Shown: positions 26,294-36,654, numbered from the stretch's first letter. The stretch is DNA of 64,000 nt from Boseongicola sp. (GCA_028824715.1 JAPPCV010000011.1:60066-124065); one strand, 5' to 3'. Program-made: numbers and translations. The notes: generated by a model not told the origin, from the sequence alone.

Positions 26294-28354
26294 ATGGCAG
26301 CGAACGCACCGAAGGACCCGGTAGGGACGTACGAGGGGCTGCTCGAGCACGAGGAGCCCGACCGCCAGAAGATCGCGGTTGCCATCGACCGGGGGGTCAA
26401 GACGATCGGCCATGTCGTGATGTGGGCGAACGTTCTCTTGATCGCCGCGATCTTCGCACAGGTTTCGCTTCGCTACCTGTTCAGCCAGAACTATCCCAAG
26501 CTCGACGAGATCCAGTGGCATTTCTACGGGCTGGTGACGATGATCGGCATATCCTACGCTCTGGTCTCCGACAGCCACGTGCGGGTCGACGTGCTGCACA
26601 TGCAGCTCAGCCGCCGGGCCCAGCGGATCATCGAGGTTCTCGGCATCCTGACGCTCCTGGTGCCGTTCCTCTACCTGATGATCGATCAGGGCTACGACTA
26701 TTTCTACGAAAGCTGGCGCGTGAACGAGCGCTCCGACAGCCCAATCGGCCTGCCCGCCCGCTGGGCGTTCAAGGCCATCATTCCGATCAGCTTCGTCCTG
26801 CTTGCGCTTGCCGCGCTTGCGCGGCTGCTTCACGACGCCCATGCGCTCTGGCACGGTCCGGCGTCGGAGCGCGAGGGTGCCCGGCTGCGCAGGATCGTGC
26901 TTGTGCTGCTCGGCTTCGCCGCAGTCTGCGTGGCGCTGACATTCCTGGTGGAGACCACCGAGGAAAAGCTCGTCATCGCGATGTTCCTGACGTTCATAGC
27001 GCTGCTCTTTACCGGCTATCCGGTCGCCTGGGTGCTGGCCGGTGTCGGCGTTGCCTTCTGTGGACTGGCCTATCTCTTCGACAACGACCTCATGCTCTGG
27101 ACGGGGCTGGAAAGCACCTTCACCGGGCTCGACTACCTGACACTCGGCGCGGTGGTGAACAGGGTCTACGCGACGATGTCAAACGCCGTCCTCGTCGCGC
27201 TGCCGATGTTCATCTTCATGGGTCTCATGCTTGACGAAAGCGGCGTCGCGGAGCGGCTGATGAGCTCGATGCAGCGGCTCTTCGGAACCGTTCGGGGCGG
27301 CCTGGCGATGACCGTCACGCTGATCGGGATCATCCTGGCCGCCTCTACCGGGATCATCGGTGCATCGGTCGTGCTTCTGGGCGTGCTTTCGCTGTCGTCG
27401 ATGATGCAGCAGAAGTATCAGCCGACCCTGGCGGCGGGCGTCGTCTCGGCAAGCGGCACCCTGGGAATCCTGATCCCGCCATCGATCATGCTGGTGATCA
27501 TGGCTGACCAGATGGCGCTGTCCGTCGGTGACCTGTTCATGGCCGCCGTGTTCCCCGGGGTGATCATCGGCGCCCTGTACCTCATCTACATTTTCGTTCT
27601 GGCCCTGGTCAGGCGCGACGCCGCCCCGGTGCCCGAGGGGGCGGTGCGGCCGGACTGGCGCGCGGTTCGGGACGTGCTGGTCGCGGTCATCCCGACCCTG
27701 GCGCTGATTCTCGCAGTGCTTGGCTCGATCTTTGCCGGGCTGACCACGCCGACGGAGGCCTCGGGAATCGGCGCTCTCGGCGCAACGCTTCTGGCTCTCG
27801 GCTATCGCCAGCTGACCATGCAGAAGCTTTGGAACGTGCTGGTCGCCTGCTTCAACACGACGGCCTACATCTTCGCGATTTTCCTCGGCGCCACCGTCTT
27901 TTCCTACGTCCTTCGCGAGCTGGGCGGAGACGAACTGATCGAGCATCTGGTGCAATCCACGGGCCTCGGTGCCAACGGCACCGTGATCTTCATCCTCTTC
28001 ATCGTGTTCCTTCTGGGCTTCGTGCTTGACTGGATCGAGATTTCGCTGATCGTGCTGCCGCTCATGCGGCCAATCGTCAACGGGCTGGGCATGGACATCC
28101 CGGGATTCGGCGTGATCGATGAACCGGTGCTTGTCTGGTTCGTGATCCTCGTCGCGGTGACGTTGCAGACCTCGTTCCTGACGCCGCCCGTGGGGTTCGC
28201 GCTGTTCTACCTCAAGGGCGTCTGTCCGCCCGAGATCAAGCTGATGCACATCTACCGCGGCATCGTCCCCTTCGTGATCCTGCAACTCATCGGACTGGCG
28301 CTGGTCTTCTACTGGCCGACGCTCGCCACCTGGCTGCCCTCCGTGGCCTACTAG
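26294..28354 (+). CDS. TRAP transporter fused small/large permease (DctQ-DctM fusion)
   Basis: 686-aa polytopic membrane protein. The N-terminal roughly 190 aa are DctQ-like and the remainder is DctM-like. Confidence 0.85.
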   Translation: MAANAPKDPVGTYEGLLEHEEPDRQKIAVAIDRGVKTIGHVVMWANVLLIAAIFAQVSLRYLFSQNYPKLDEIQWHFYGLVTMIGISYALVSDSHVRVDVLHMQLSRRAQRIIEVLGILTLLVPFLYLMIDQGYDYFYESWRVNERSDSPIGLPARWAFKAIIPISFVLLALAALARLLHDAHALWHGPASEREGARLRRIVLVLLGFAAVCVALTFLVETTEEKLVIAMFLTFIALLFTGYPVAWVLAGVGVAFCGLAYLFDNDLMLWTGLESTFTGLDYLTLGAVVNRVYATMSNAVLVALPMFIFMGLMLDESGVAERLMSSMQRLFGTVRGGLAMTVTLIGIILAASTGIIGASVVLLGVLSLSSMMQQKYQPTLAAGVVSASGTLGILIPPSIMLVIMADQMALSVGDLFMAAVFPGVIIGALYLIYIFVLALVRRDAAPVPEGAVRPDWRAVRDVLVAVIPTLALILAVLGSIFAGLTTPTEASGIGALGATLLALGYRQLTMQKLWNVLVACFNTTAYIFAIFLGATVFSYVLRELGGDELIEHLVQSTGLGANGTVIFILFIVFLLGFVLDWIEISLIVLPLMRPIVNGLGMDIPGFGVIDEPVLVWFVILVAVTLQTSFLTPPVGFALFYLKGVCPPEIKLMHIYRGIVPFVILQLIGLALVFYWPTLATWLPSVAY

Positions 28355-28366
28355 GGAACCGGACCC

Positions 28367-29554
28367 ATGCGGCTCAAGGACTGCCATAACTTTCACGACT
28401 TCCGGCGACTGGCCAGGCGCCGCCTGCCGGGGCCGATCTTCGACTACATCGACGGCGGTGCCGATGATGAAGTGACGATGGCCGAGAACAGGCGCGCATT
28501 CGACCGCTGCGACCTGCTGCCGTCGGTCCTGCGTGGCGTGTCAGATGTCGACATGTCGGTCACGGTGATGGGCCAGAAACTGGACATGCCGGTCTACTGT
28601 TCGCCCACGGCGCTGCAGCGGCTGTTCCACCACCAGGGAGAGCGTGCGGTCGCGGCGGCGGCGGAGAAGTTCGGCACGATGTTTGGCGTATCCTCGCTCG
28701 GTACCGTGTCGCTGGAAGAGCTGCGGCAAAAGCACAAGAACCCGCAGGTCTACCAGTTCTACTTCCACAGGGACCGCGGCCTGAACACGGCGATGATGCA
28801 GCATGCGAAGGGCGCCGGTGTCGAGGTGATGATGCTGACGGTCGACTCGATCACCGGCGGCAATCGTGAGCGCGACCTCCGTACCGGGTTTTCGATCCCC
28901 TTCCGGCTGACCCTCGGCGGCATGATCCAGTTCGCGATCAAGCCGATGTGGGGCATCAACTACGTGACGCATGAGCGCTTCAGCCTGCCGCAGCTGGAAG
29001 GGCATGTGGACATGAGCGGGGGGGCCAGTTCGATCGGCGGATACTTCACCGAGATGCTGGATCCATCGATGACCTGGGACGACGTGACCGAGATGGTCCG
29101 CGACTGGAACGGACAGTTCTGCCTGAAGGGAATCATGACCGTCGAGGACGCCCGCCGTGCCGCCGAGATCGGCTGTACCGGCATCGTGCTCTCGAACCAT
29201 GGCGGTCGGCAGCTCGACGGATCGCGTGCGCCACTGGACCAACTGCCCGAAATCGTCGATGCCGTCGGCGATCGTCTCGACGTGATGATGGACAGCGGCA
29301 TTCAGCGCGGCACGCATGTGCTGAAAGCGCTGTCGTTGGGGGCGAAGGCCGTGGGCATCGGCCGTGGGTACCTCTTCCCGCTCGCCGCCGCGGGACAGGT
29401 CGGGGTCGAACGGGCGCTGGAGCTCCTGCGCGCCGAGATCGAGCGCGACATGAAGCTGATGGGCGTAACCCGAACCGACCAGCTTGGCCGCCACAACATT
29501 CGGTACCACGGCGAGTTCGGGCCGTTGCCAGCCGCGCAAGGGAAGGTCGCATGA
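28367..29554 (+). CDS. FMN-dependent alpha-hydroxy acid dehydrogenase/oxidase (LldD-like), copy 1
   Basis: Motifs are FDYIDGGADDEVTMAENRRAF and SNHGGRQLD. Confidence 0.85.
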   Translation: MRLKDCHNFHDFRRLARRRLPGPIFDYIDGGADDEVTMAENRRAFDRCDLLPSVLRGVSDVDMSVTVMGQKLDMPVYCSPTALQRLFHHQGERAVAAAAEKFGTMFGVSSLGTVSLEELRQKHKNPQVYQFYFHRDRGLNTAMMQHAKGAGVEVMMLTVDSITGGNRERDLRTGFSIPFRLTLGGMIQFAIKPMWGINYVTHERFSLPQLEGHVDMSGGASSIGGYFTEMLDPSMTWDDVTEMVRDWNGQFCLKGIMTVEDARRAAEIGCTGIVLSNHGGRQLDGSRAPLDQLPEIVDAVGDRLDVMMDSGIQRGTHVLKALSLGAKAVGIGRGYLFPLAAAGQVGVERALELLRAEIERDMKLMGVTRTDQLGRHNIRYHGEFGPLPAAQGKVA

Positions 29555-29889
29555 CCGACGACGCGCCGCTGGCAAGGCTTGGCCCGATCGTCGGACGCCG
29601 CCACCTGTTGACCGGCCAGCGGCGCCACCGGGCGCCTCGGCCGCGGCTCCCGCTCGGGCGAGGCGTCGTGCGTCCCGGCACGCCGCAGGAACAGTGGCGG
29701 GTGCTGCAAGCCTGCGTCGAGGCCGACAAGATCGTCATCATGCAGGTCGCCAACACCAGGCTGCCTGACGGCTCTGCGCCTTCGGGCCGCTACGACCGAG
29801 GCGTCGTGCAGATCAACACCCGCCGCATGAACAAGCTCGAGCTTCTGCACGACGGCACCCAGGTCATCAGCCTTCCCGGAGCGCGCTGA
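29551..29889 (+). pseudogene. dld: N-terminal stump of quinone-dependent D-lactate dehydrogenase (Dld)
   Basis: WRVLQACVEADKIVIMQVANTRLPDGSAPSGRYDRGVVQINTRRMNKLELLHDGTQVISLPGA parallels the E. coli Dld N-terminus as I recall it. Only 112 codons remain of an expected 570 or so. Confidence 0.65.
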
Positions 29890-30133
29890 CCGGCAACTGC
29901 AGTGCGTATGCCAGGACGGCCTCGGCCAATGCTCTCCTTCCGGCCAGGTGCAGAACCGGCCCGATCACGCTGCCGTGTTCACATCGGAGCTCGTGACACC
30001 CCGACCATTCGGCGCCCGAACCATTTGACACGCCGGCAGAGGTTCGGGACAGTCCGAGTCAATTTTCTGCCTCGCACGGACAAGAACGGCCCATGCTTGC
30101 TTTGCAGGGTCAACGCCGTGTTTCGACGTGGCG

Positions 30134-33100
30134 CTAACCTTCCAATTCGACAAGAAGATCCTTTGCATCAATCTGCGTGCCGGGGGCCACATGCACGACC
30201 TTGACCACGGAGTCGCGGTCGGCGTGGATCCCGGTCTCCATCTTCATCGCCTCGATGGTCAGCATGAGGTCGCCCTGCGTGACATTGGTTCCCTCCTGCA
30301 CTGCGACCGACGCGACAATGCCGGGCATCGGCGCGCCGATGTGGCACTTGTTGGATGCATCGGCCTTGATGCGCGCCACCGCCACGCCTTGCGCCGAGCG
30401 GTCGGCAATGCGCACGGTTCGGGGCTGTCCGTTCAACTCGAAGAACACCTTGGCGATGCCCTCTTCGTTGGTTTCCGCCACCGCCTGAAGCTGAATCTCC
30501 AGGGTTACCCCCGGGTCGATCTCAACGGAGATTTCCTCGCCAGGTTCCATGCCGTAGAAGAACGTGTGCGTCGGCAGCGTGCGAACCGGACCATGGATGT
30601 CATGGCGATCGGTGTATTCGGCAAACACCTTGGGGTACATGAGATAGCCGCCAAGGTCCTCATCGTTGAAGTCCCGTTCGAACCTGTTGTTGATTTCGCC
30701 CCGTACCTCCTCAAGATCCACGGGAGCCAAATCCGCGCCAGGTCGCGTTGACACCGGTTTTTCGCCCTTCAGGACCTTCTTCTGGATGCCCTTGGGCCAG
30801 CCGCCCGGCGGTTGCCCTATGTCCCCGCGCATCATGCCGACAACGCTTTCCGGGAATGCGACCTCGCGTTTCGGATCCAGGACATCTTCGACGCTGAGGC
30901 CCTGGCTCACCATCATGAGGGCCATGTCCCCCACGACTTTCGACGTGGGCGTCACCTTCACGATGTCGCCGAACATCCTGTTCACGTCAGCATAGGCGTG
31001 GGCGACCTCGTGCCAGCGTTCCTCCAGTCCGAGCGAACGGGCCTGGGCCTTGAGATTAGTGAACTGGCCGCCCGGCATCTCGTGCAGATAGACCTCGGAA
31101 GCGGGAGCCTGAAGGCCGGATTCGAACGCGGCATAGTGCCCGCGCACCCCCTCCCAGTAATTCGAAATCTCCCGAATTGCACCGATGTCGAGAAGAGTGT
31201 CGCGCTCCGATCCCTTTAGCGCCTCGACCACGGTGCCGAGGGTGGCCTGCGACGTGTTGCCGGAAAGCGCGTCCATTGCGCAATCCACGACATCGACGCC
31301 GGCCTCGGACGCTGCGAGGATCGAGGCGCAAGCGATTCCCGCCGTGTCATGCGTGTGGAAGTGCACGGGCAGCCCGACTTCCTCCTTGAGCGCCTTGACC
31401 AGCGCGCGGGCAGCGGCAGGCTTCACGAGACCCGCCATGTCCTTCAAGCCAAGGACATGTGTGCCGGCCTCTTTCAGTTCCTTTGCCATCGACACGTAGT
31501 ACTTGAGGTCGTACTTGGCGCGGTCCGGGTCGTGAATGTCGCCCGTGTAGCAGATTGCCGCTTCGAGGATGCCGCCGGTGTCCAGAACTGCGTCCATCGA
31601 AACCCGCATGTTCTCGATCCAGTTCAGGGGATCGAAGATCCGGAAGAGATCGACGCCATTGTGGGCTGCACGCTGAATGAAGAACCGGACCACGTTGTCG
31701 GGATAGTTCGTGTAGCCGACAGCGTTGGAACCTCGGACCAGCATTTGGGTGAGGAGGTTTGGCATTGCGGCGCGTAGATCGCGGAGCCGCTGCCAGGGAC
31801 ATTCCTGCAGGAACCTGTAGGCCACGTCGAAAGTTGCCCCTCCCCAGCATTCGACGCTGAACAAGCCGGGCAGGTTCGCCGCGTAGGCCGGAGCCACGTT
31901 TATCATGTCGATCGAGCGCATTCGCGTCGCGAGGAGAGACTGCGGCCCGTCCCGCATGGTTGTGTCGGTGATCAGGACCCGCTTCTGCTCAAGCATCCAG
32001 TTCGCGACGGCCTCGGCACCTTCACTCTTCAGGAGATCGCGCGTGCCCGGTGCCGGATTGCGAGTCTGGAGTGCCGGCGGCGCCGGTTCGCGGAGGCTTG
32101 CGGGCGGCCTGGGGCGGTCCCTCGTCTCGGGGTGGCCGTTGACGGTCACGTCCGCGAGATAGGTCAGGATTCGGGTTGCCCGGTCGCGTCGCGGCTTGAA
32201 GTCGAAGAGCCCGGGCGTCTCGTCTATGAAACGCGTGTGATACTCGTTGCTGCGAAAGGTTGGATGCTTCAGCAGGTTCTCGACAAAGGCGATGTTGGTG
32301 GACACGCCGCGAATCCGGAATTCGCGAAGCGCTCGATCCATCCGGGCGATCGCGGCTTCGGGTGTGGGAGCCCAGGCGGTGACTTTCTCAAGAAGTGAAT
32401 CATAGTAACGCGTGATGACCGCCCCCGAGTAGGCCGTGCCCCCGTCAAGCCGGATCCCCATGCCGTTCGCGCCTCGGTAGGCCGCGATGCGCCCATAGTC
32501 CGGAATGAAGTTGTTGGTCGGGTCTTCCGTCGTGATCCTGCACTGGATTGCGTGGCCGTTCAGGGCGACGTCGTATTGCGACGCCGTGCCAGTCGCCTCC
32601 ACCAGGCCCTTGCCTTCGGCAATCAGGATTTGGGCCTGGACGATGTCGATTCCGGTCACCTCTTCGGTCACCGTGTGTTCGACCTGGATGCGCGGATTCA
32701 CTTCGATGAAATAGAATTCCCCGGACTCCATGTCCATCAGGAACTCGACGGTTCCCGCGCACTCGTAGTTCACCTCCTCGGCAATCTTCTTGCCAAGACC
32801 GGCAAGCCTTTCGCGCTGTGCGCCCGAAAGGTAGGGCGCGGGCGCGCGCTCTACGACCTTCTGGTTTCGGCGCTGCACGGAGCAGTCGCGTTCCCAAAGG
32901 TGGTATATGTTTCCGCGGCTGTCGCCGAGGATCTGAACCTCGACGTGGCGCGCGCGCTGGATCATCCTTTCGAGATAGCCCTCGCCGTTGCCGAAGGCGG
33001 CTTCCGCCTCGCGGCGCCCTTCCAGGACTTTCTCCTCGAGTTCGTCGGGCGACATGATCGGGCGCATGCCGCGCCCGCCCCCGCCCCAGGACGCCTTGAG

Positions 33101-33580
33101 CATCATCGGATAGCCGATTTCATCGGCTTGCTTGCGCACGAGTTCCATGTCGTTGCCGAGAACGTCCGATGCAGGAATGACCGGCACCCCGGCCTCGATC
33201 GCAACCCTGCGTGCGCTTGCCTTGTCGCCAAGGGCGCGCATGGTTTCGGCCTTCGGGCCGATGAAGGTGATGCCGGCTTCGGCGCAGGCCTCGACCAGCG
33301 CGGGGTTTTCGGAGAGCAGTCCGTATCCCGGATGAATCGCGTCGGCCCCGCTGTCCTGGGCGACCCGGATCACCTCGTCGATGGAAAGATAGGCCGCAAC
33401 GGGCCCGAGGCCTTGCCCGATGCGATAGGCCTCGTCAGCCTTGAACCGGTGGAGACACAGCTTGTCCTCTTCCGCGAAGATCGCGACGGTGCGCTTGCCG
33501 AGTTCGTTTGCGGCGCGCATGACTCGGATGGCGATTTCGCCCCGGTTGGCAATCAGGATTTTCTTGATCTCGGCCATCAT
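30134..33580 (-). CDS. pyc: Pyruvate carboxylase
   Basis: Start at MMAEIKKILIANRGEIAIRVMRAANELG (33580 or 33577). It contains biotin carboxylase, carboxyltransferase and a C-terminal biotinyl domain with EAMKME. The listed 1368-aa ORF is over-extended. Confidence 0.95.
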   Translation of the reverse strand: MMAEIKKILIANRGEIAIRVMRAANELGKRTVAIFAEEDKLCLHRFKADEAYRIGQGLGPVAAYLSIDEVIRVAQDSGADAIHPGYGLLSENPALVEACAEAGITFIGPKAETMRALGDKASARRVAIEAGVPVIPASDVLGNDMELVRKQADEIGYPMMLKASWGGGGRGMRPIMSPDELEEKVLEGRREAEAAFGNGEGYLERMIQRARHVEVQILGDSRGNIYHLWERDCSVQRRNQKVVERAPAPYLSGAQRERLAGLGKKIAEEVNYECAGTVEFLMDMESGEFYFIEVNPRIQVEHTVTEEVTGIDIVQAQILIAEGKGLVEATGTASQYDVALNGHAIQCRITTEDPTNNFIPDYGRIAAYRGANGMGIRLDGGTAYSGAVITRYYDSLLEKVTAWAPTPEAAIARMDRALREFRIRGVSTNIAFVENLLKHPTFRSNEYHTRFIDETPGLFDFKPRRDRATRILTYLADVTVNGHPETRDRPRPPASLREPAPPALQTRNPAPGTRDLLKSEGAEAVANWMLEQKRVLITDTTMRDGPQSLLATRMRSIDMINVAPAYAANLPGLFSVECWGGATFDVAYRFLQECPWQRLRDLRAAMPNLLTQMLVRGSNAVGYTNYPDNVVRFFIQRAAHNGVDLFRIFDPLNWIENMRVSMDAVLDTGGILEAAICYTGDIHDPDRAKYDLKYYVSMAKELKEAGTHVLGLKDMAGLVKPAAARALVKALKEEVGLPVHFHTHDTAGIACASILAASEAGVDVVDCAMDALSGNTSQATLGTVVEALKGSERDTLLDIGAIREISNYWEGVRGHYAAFESGLQAPASEVYLHEMPGGQFTNLKAQARSLGLEERWHEVAHAYADVNRMFGDIVKVTPTSKVVGDMALMMVSQGLSVEDVLDPKREVAFPESVVGMMRGDIGQPPGGWPKGIQKKVLKGEKPVSTRPGADLAPVDLEEVRGEINNRFERDFNDEDLGGYLMYPKVFAEYTDRHDIHGPVRTLPTHTFFYGMEPGEEISVEIDPGVTLEIQLQAVAETNEEGIAKVFFELNGQPRTVRIADRSAQGVAVARIKADASNKCHIGAPMPGIVASVAVQEGTNVTQGDLMLTIEAMKMETGIHADRDSVVKVVHVAPGTQIDAKDLLVELEG

Positions 33581-33725
33581 CCGTCCCTGCCTTGCATATG
33601 CGGCACGTGTTATCCGTCGACGGTGGCGTCGGCAATCTCTGATTGGCCAGTGGTGAGGCCCGGGGAACGGGAAACATGGAGTGCCCAAGTGGCCAGGAAC
33701 GGTGCCCTTCAAGCACGCCGGACGT

Positions 33726-34880
33726 TCAAGTGCGTGGAATCGACGGCGGCAAGACGCGAGCGGCAAGATCGGAAAGTCGCCTCGCGCCCATCTGGCCCAT
33801 GTTTGCGGCCATGTCATCCGACAGGACATGAACCAGGTGCGGCGGCCCCTTCCGGCCGAGTGCTCCGACCGCGTAGTGGAACGCGCGGCCCAGCATGACG
33901 AAATCTGCCCCGAGGGCGAGGGCGCGAAGGATGTCGAGGCCGCCCATGACGCCGCTGTCGAAGACGATTGGCGTCTTTGGGACGGCATCGCGAATCGCGG
34001 GCAGGCACTCGATCGAGGCGGGACCGCCTTCGAACTGCCGACCCGAGTGGTTCGAGACCCAGATGGCGTCAACGCCCATTTCGACAAGACGCTTCGCATC
34101 CTCGGGTTTCTGGATGCCCTTGACGAGGAACGGGCCGTCCCAAAGCTTGCGAATCTCCGCAACGTCCTGCCAGCCCGGTTCGCCCCTGATGACGTGTCCG
34201 GCATGGGCGACCGAATTGTAGTCGTCCGACTGGTCTGCATAGTCCTCGCAGAACTTCAGGCTCGGAATGCCTTCCCGGAGCGTTCCCAACGTCCAGGCGG
34301 GATGCAGCATCATCGAGAGGATCATGCCGGCAGTTACCTTGGGCGGTATCGTCAGCTCGGCGCGACGCTGACGCTCGCGGCGGCTGTCGACAGGAACGTC
34401 CACCGTCAGGACAAGCGTGTGAAATCCGGAATCCTTCACGCGACGAAGCATGTCGGCGCGAAAGTCCTTTCGGCCCGGCATGTACATCTGAAACCAGCCC
34501 TGGTCGCCGATGATTGGGGCCAGGGTTTCCGGCAGTACGGTTGCAACATGCGACATGACGTAGGGAATGCCGGTCTCGGCGCAGGCGGCAGCGAGGATCT
34601 TTTCGGCCCCAGGCCACATGATGCCCGACATTCCGACAGGGGCGCATCCGAAGGGGAGGGGGTAGTTGCGTCCAAGGAACGTGGTGGACAGGTCGAATTC
34701 GAGCGATCCTTCCAGCACTGCGGGCCAGAAGCGGATGGCCTGAAGCGCGGACCTGTTGCGCCTGGTCTGGTCCTCGTCGCCGGTGGAACTGTCGAGATAC
34801 TCGAACACGAAGTGTGGCACGCGCCGGCGTGCGCGCAGCCGGAGGTCCGAGATGGCGGGATAGCGCGTGTCCAGATTCAT
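33726..34880 (-). CDS. FMN-dependent alpha-hydroxy acid dehydrogenase/oxidase, copy 2
   Basis: Start at MNLDTRYPAISDL (34880). Motifs are FEYLDSSTGDE and SNHSGRQFEG. Confidence 0.85.
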   Translation of the reverse strand: MNLDTRYPAISDLRLRARRRVPHFVFEYLDSSTGDEDQTRRNRSALQAIRFWPAVLEGSLEFDLSTTFLGRNYPLPFGCAPVGMSGIMWPGAEKILAAACAETGIPYVMSHVATVLPETLAPIIGDQGWFQMYMPGRKDFRADMLRRVKDSGFHTLVLTVDVPVDSRRERQRRAELTIPPKVTAGMILSMMLHPAWTLGTLREGIPSLKFCEDYADQSDDYNSVAHAGHVIRGEPGWQDVAEIRKLWDGPFLVKGIQKPEDAKRLVEMGVDAIWVSNHSGRQFEGGPASIECLPAIRDAVPKTPIVFDSGVMGGLDILRALALGADFVMLGRAFHYAVGALGRKGPPHLVHVLSDDMAANMGQMGARRLSDLAARVLPPSIPRT

Positions 34881-35279
34881 GCGGGAAATTAGGCGCAATC
34901 GTCTGGATTTTGGAAGCGGATTCGTGAATTCACGAGCCGACGTCGCCTTTGCTCGTGGTGACACTGTCCCTTTGCCCGTGTCAGGGCTTCACCTTCGATT
35001 TCGTGTGGTTTCGCGAGCGATGGGTCAATCTGAGGTGAAGGGGCGGAAGCCAGCCGTTTCAGGCTTCCAAGGCGGCGGAAATGCGGAGCTAACCTCGAGT
35101 CGACGGTGCTGCATTGAAATGTCCGGGGCGGGGTCCGGATTGCGGCGCCTGTGCTCCAGCGCGCCCGGGCTTCGCTTGTCCACATAAGCACGTGCATGGT
35201 GCAATCGATCCTGAACGGCCCGGGCCGTCGCCGGAAAACATGCGTGGGCTGTCGCCGTCGTTCTGGCTGTAGATGAACC

Positions 35280-35665
35280 CCTACGGCCGCTTCGAGCCGG
35301 ATCTGGGCGAGCGTATCGACCGCCTGACACGTTCCATGAAAGCGCTCCAGGTCATTGTCGAAATGCTCCGGGAGAAGGGGTGTCAGATGCGCTGCAACCG
35401 AGCAGGCTGCGGACATCTCGACCGCCGTCGGTGAGGCTTTCTTTGACATGCTTGGCGTCTTTGCCGCGTTCGAAACCAACCTGCACCGCGAGCGGCAAGC
35501 CGAAGGAATCATCGCGGCCAAGCGGAGGGATGCCTGTCGCGAGCAGCCTACGACGATCGAAATGGACGCAATCGGATGTCGCACTGCCGAAGGGCATTCT
35601 CCAACCAAATTCGCACGCGAGACGGAGATTCCGCGCGGAACCATCTACAAGGCCAAGGAAAGGCT
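35280..35665 (+). pseudogene. Small serine recombinase (resolvase/invertase) remnant with frameshifts
   Basis: IDRLTRSMKALQVIVEMLREKGV, then in another frame ISTAVGEAFFDMLGVFAAFETNLHRERQAEGI, then a degraded HTH (ARETEIPRGTIYKAKE). There is no N-terminal Ser region. Confidence 0.6.
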
Positions 35666-35885
35666 GTTGGGGCGATGGAGCCGCGCCGATGACGTCGGCT
35701 TTGTCATCGTGTCGTCGAGTTCTTCGAACCCCAGCGTCCGCCTGACCTCGGCTGCGACGCAAACGCTCTCGACCGGGAAGTGCGCGCTTCTATATGTCCT
35801 TGACAACATACGTTCGGCATTGCATATTCTGGCGCGGGCAATGCAGTGCCTCCACTGGCTGATCCAACAAAAGAGAGGAGGCCTG

Positions 35886-36266
35886 ATGGTCTGGAAGATT
35901 GACTTTCATTAAGAATTTGCGCGGGAATTCAAGGAATACGAAGACACGATCAGATTGGAAATTATGGCAGTTGTCGAATTGCTTCGAGAGGAAGGACCGT
36001 CCCTTGGCCGGCCACATGTCGACACGCTTCAGGGCTCCAGGCATGCGAACATGGAGGAACTTCGCTGTCGTGGTGCCTGCAAGACATGGCGCGTGGCCTT
36101 TGCCTTTACGCCGGAACGAGCGGCGCTGCTGCTCGTGGCCGGGGACAAGTCCCGAATGAAGTCGAAGCGGTTCTATCGCTGGCTTGTCACGACGGCAGAG
36201 AAGCGGTTCGACGAATTCCTGAAGGAGGCAACGGAAAAGGAGGCCACTTCCGACGACAGTGCATGA
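35886..36266 (+). pseudogene. HigB/RelE-superfamily (Gp49-like) toxin with an in-frame TAA at codon 9
   Basis: MVWKIDFH-TAA(35910-35912)-EFAREFKEYEDTIRLEIMAVVELLREEGPSLGRPHVDTLQGSRHANMEELRCR...WRVAFAFTPERAALLLVAGDKS. The same frame runs before and after the stop. Confidence 0.7.
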
Positions 36267-36336
36267 GCCACCTTGGTCATCCCCGGAACTGCGCCTCGGG
36301 GGTGCGCCAAAAAATGATCAGATCAAGAGAGAAAGC

Positions 36337-36654
36337 ATGAAGACCGTAAGCTATGAAGAAATGAAAGCACGCGAAACCCCGGTGATGCAGCGCCGGATCG
36401 AGGCTCGCACCGATGAGCTTCGGGCCGAATTGGCCACCTTGCGCGAACTTCGCAAGAGACTTGACATCACGCAGGTCGAGCTTGCTGCCGAGCTTGGCAT
36501 CGGACAGGAGGGTGTCTCGCGCCTCGAGAGACGCAATGACACATTGGTGTCCACCCTGCGAAAGGCAGTCGAGGCCATGGGAGGCGACTTGCGCCTCATC
36601 GCTGAGCTTCCGAACGGAGGTCGCGTGGAGCTGTCAGACTTCGGACACGCCTAA
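36337..36654 (+). CDS. XRE-family HTH antitoxin (HigA-like)
   Basis: 105 aa. The HTH is ITQVELAAELGIGQEGVSRLERRND. It lies immediately downstream of the toxin remnant. Confidence 0.75.
   Translation: MKTVSYEEMKARETPVMQRRIEARTDELRAELATLRELRKRLDITQVELAAELGIGQEGVSRLERRNDTLVSTLRKAVEAMGGDLRLIAELPNGGRVELSDFGHA

Noticed and set aside
27179-28396. 405-aa minus-strand ORF
   Set aside because: Antisense shadow of the TRAP permease. The His/Asp/Arg-rich low-complexity translation is not credible.
34965-35280. Unassigned 300 nt between the second FMN dehydrogenase and the resolvase remnant, checked for Tn3-type terminal repeats (GGGGTC...)
   Set aside because: Only a loose GGGGCGGGGTCCGG string is present and no matching inverted partner was found, so the evidence is insufficient.
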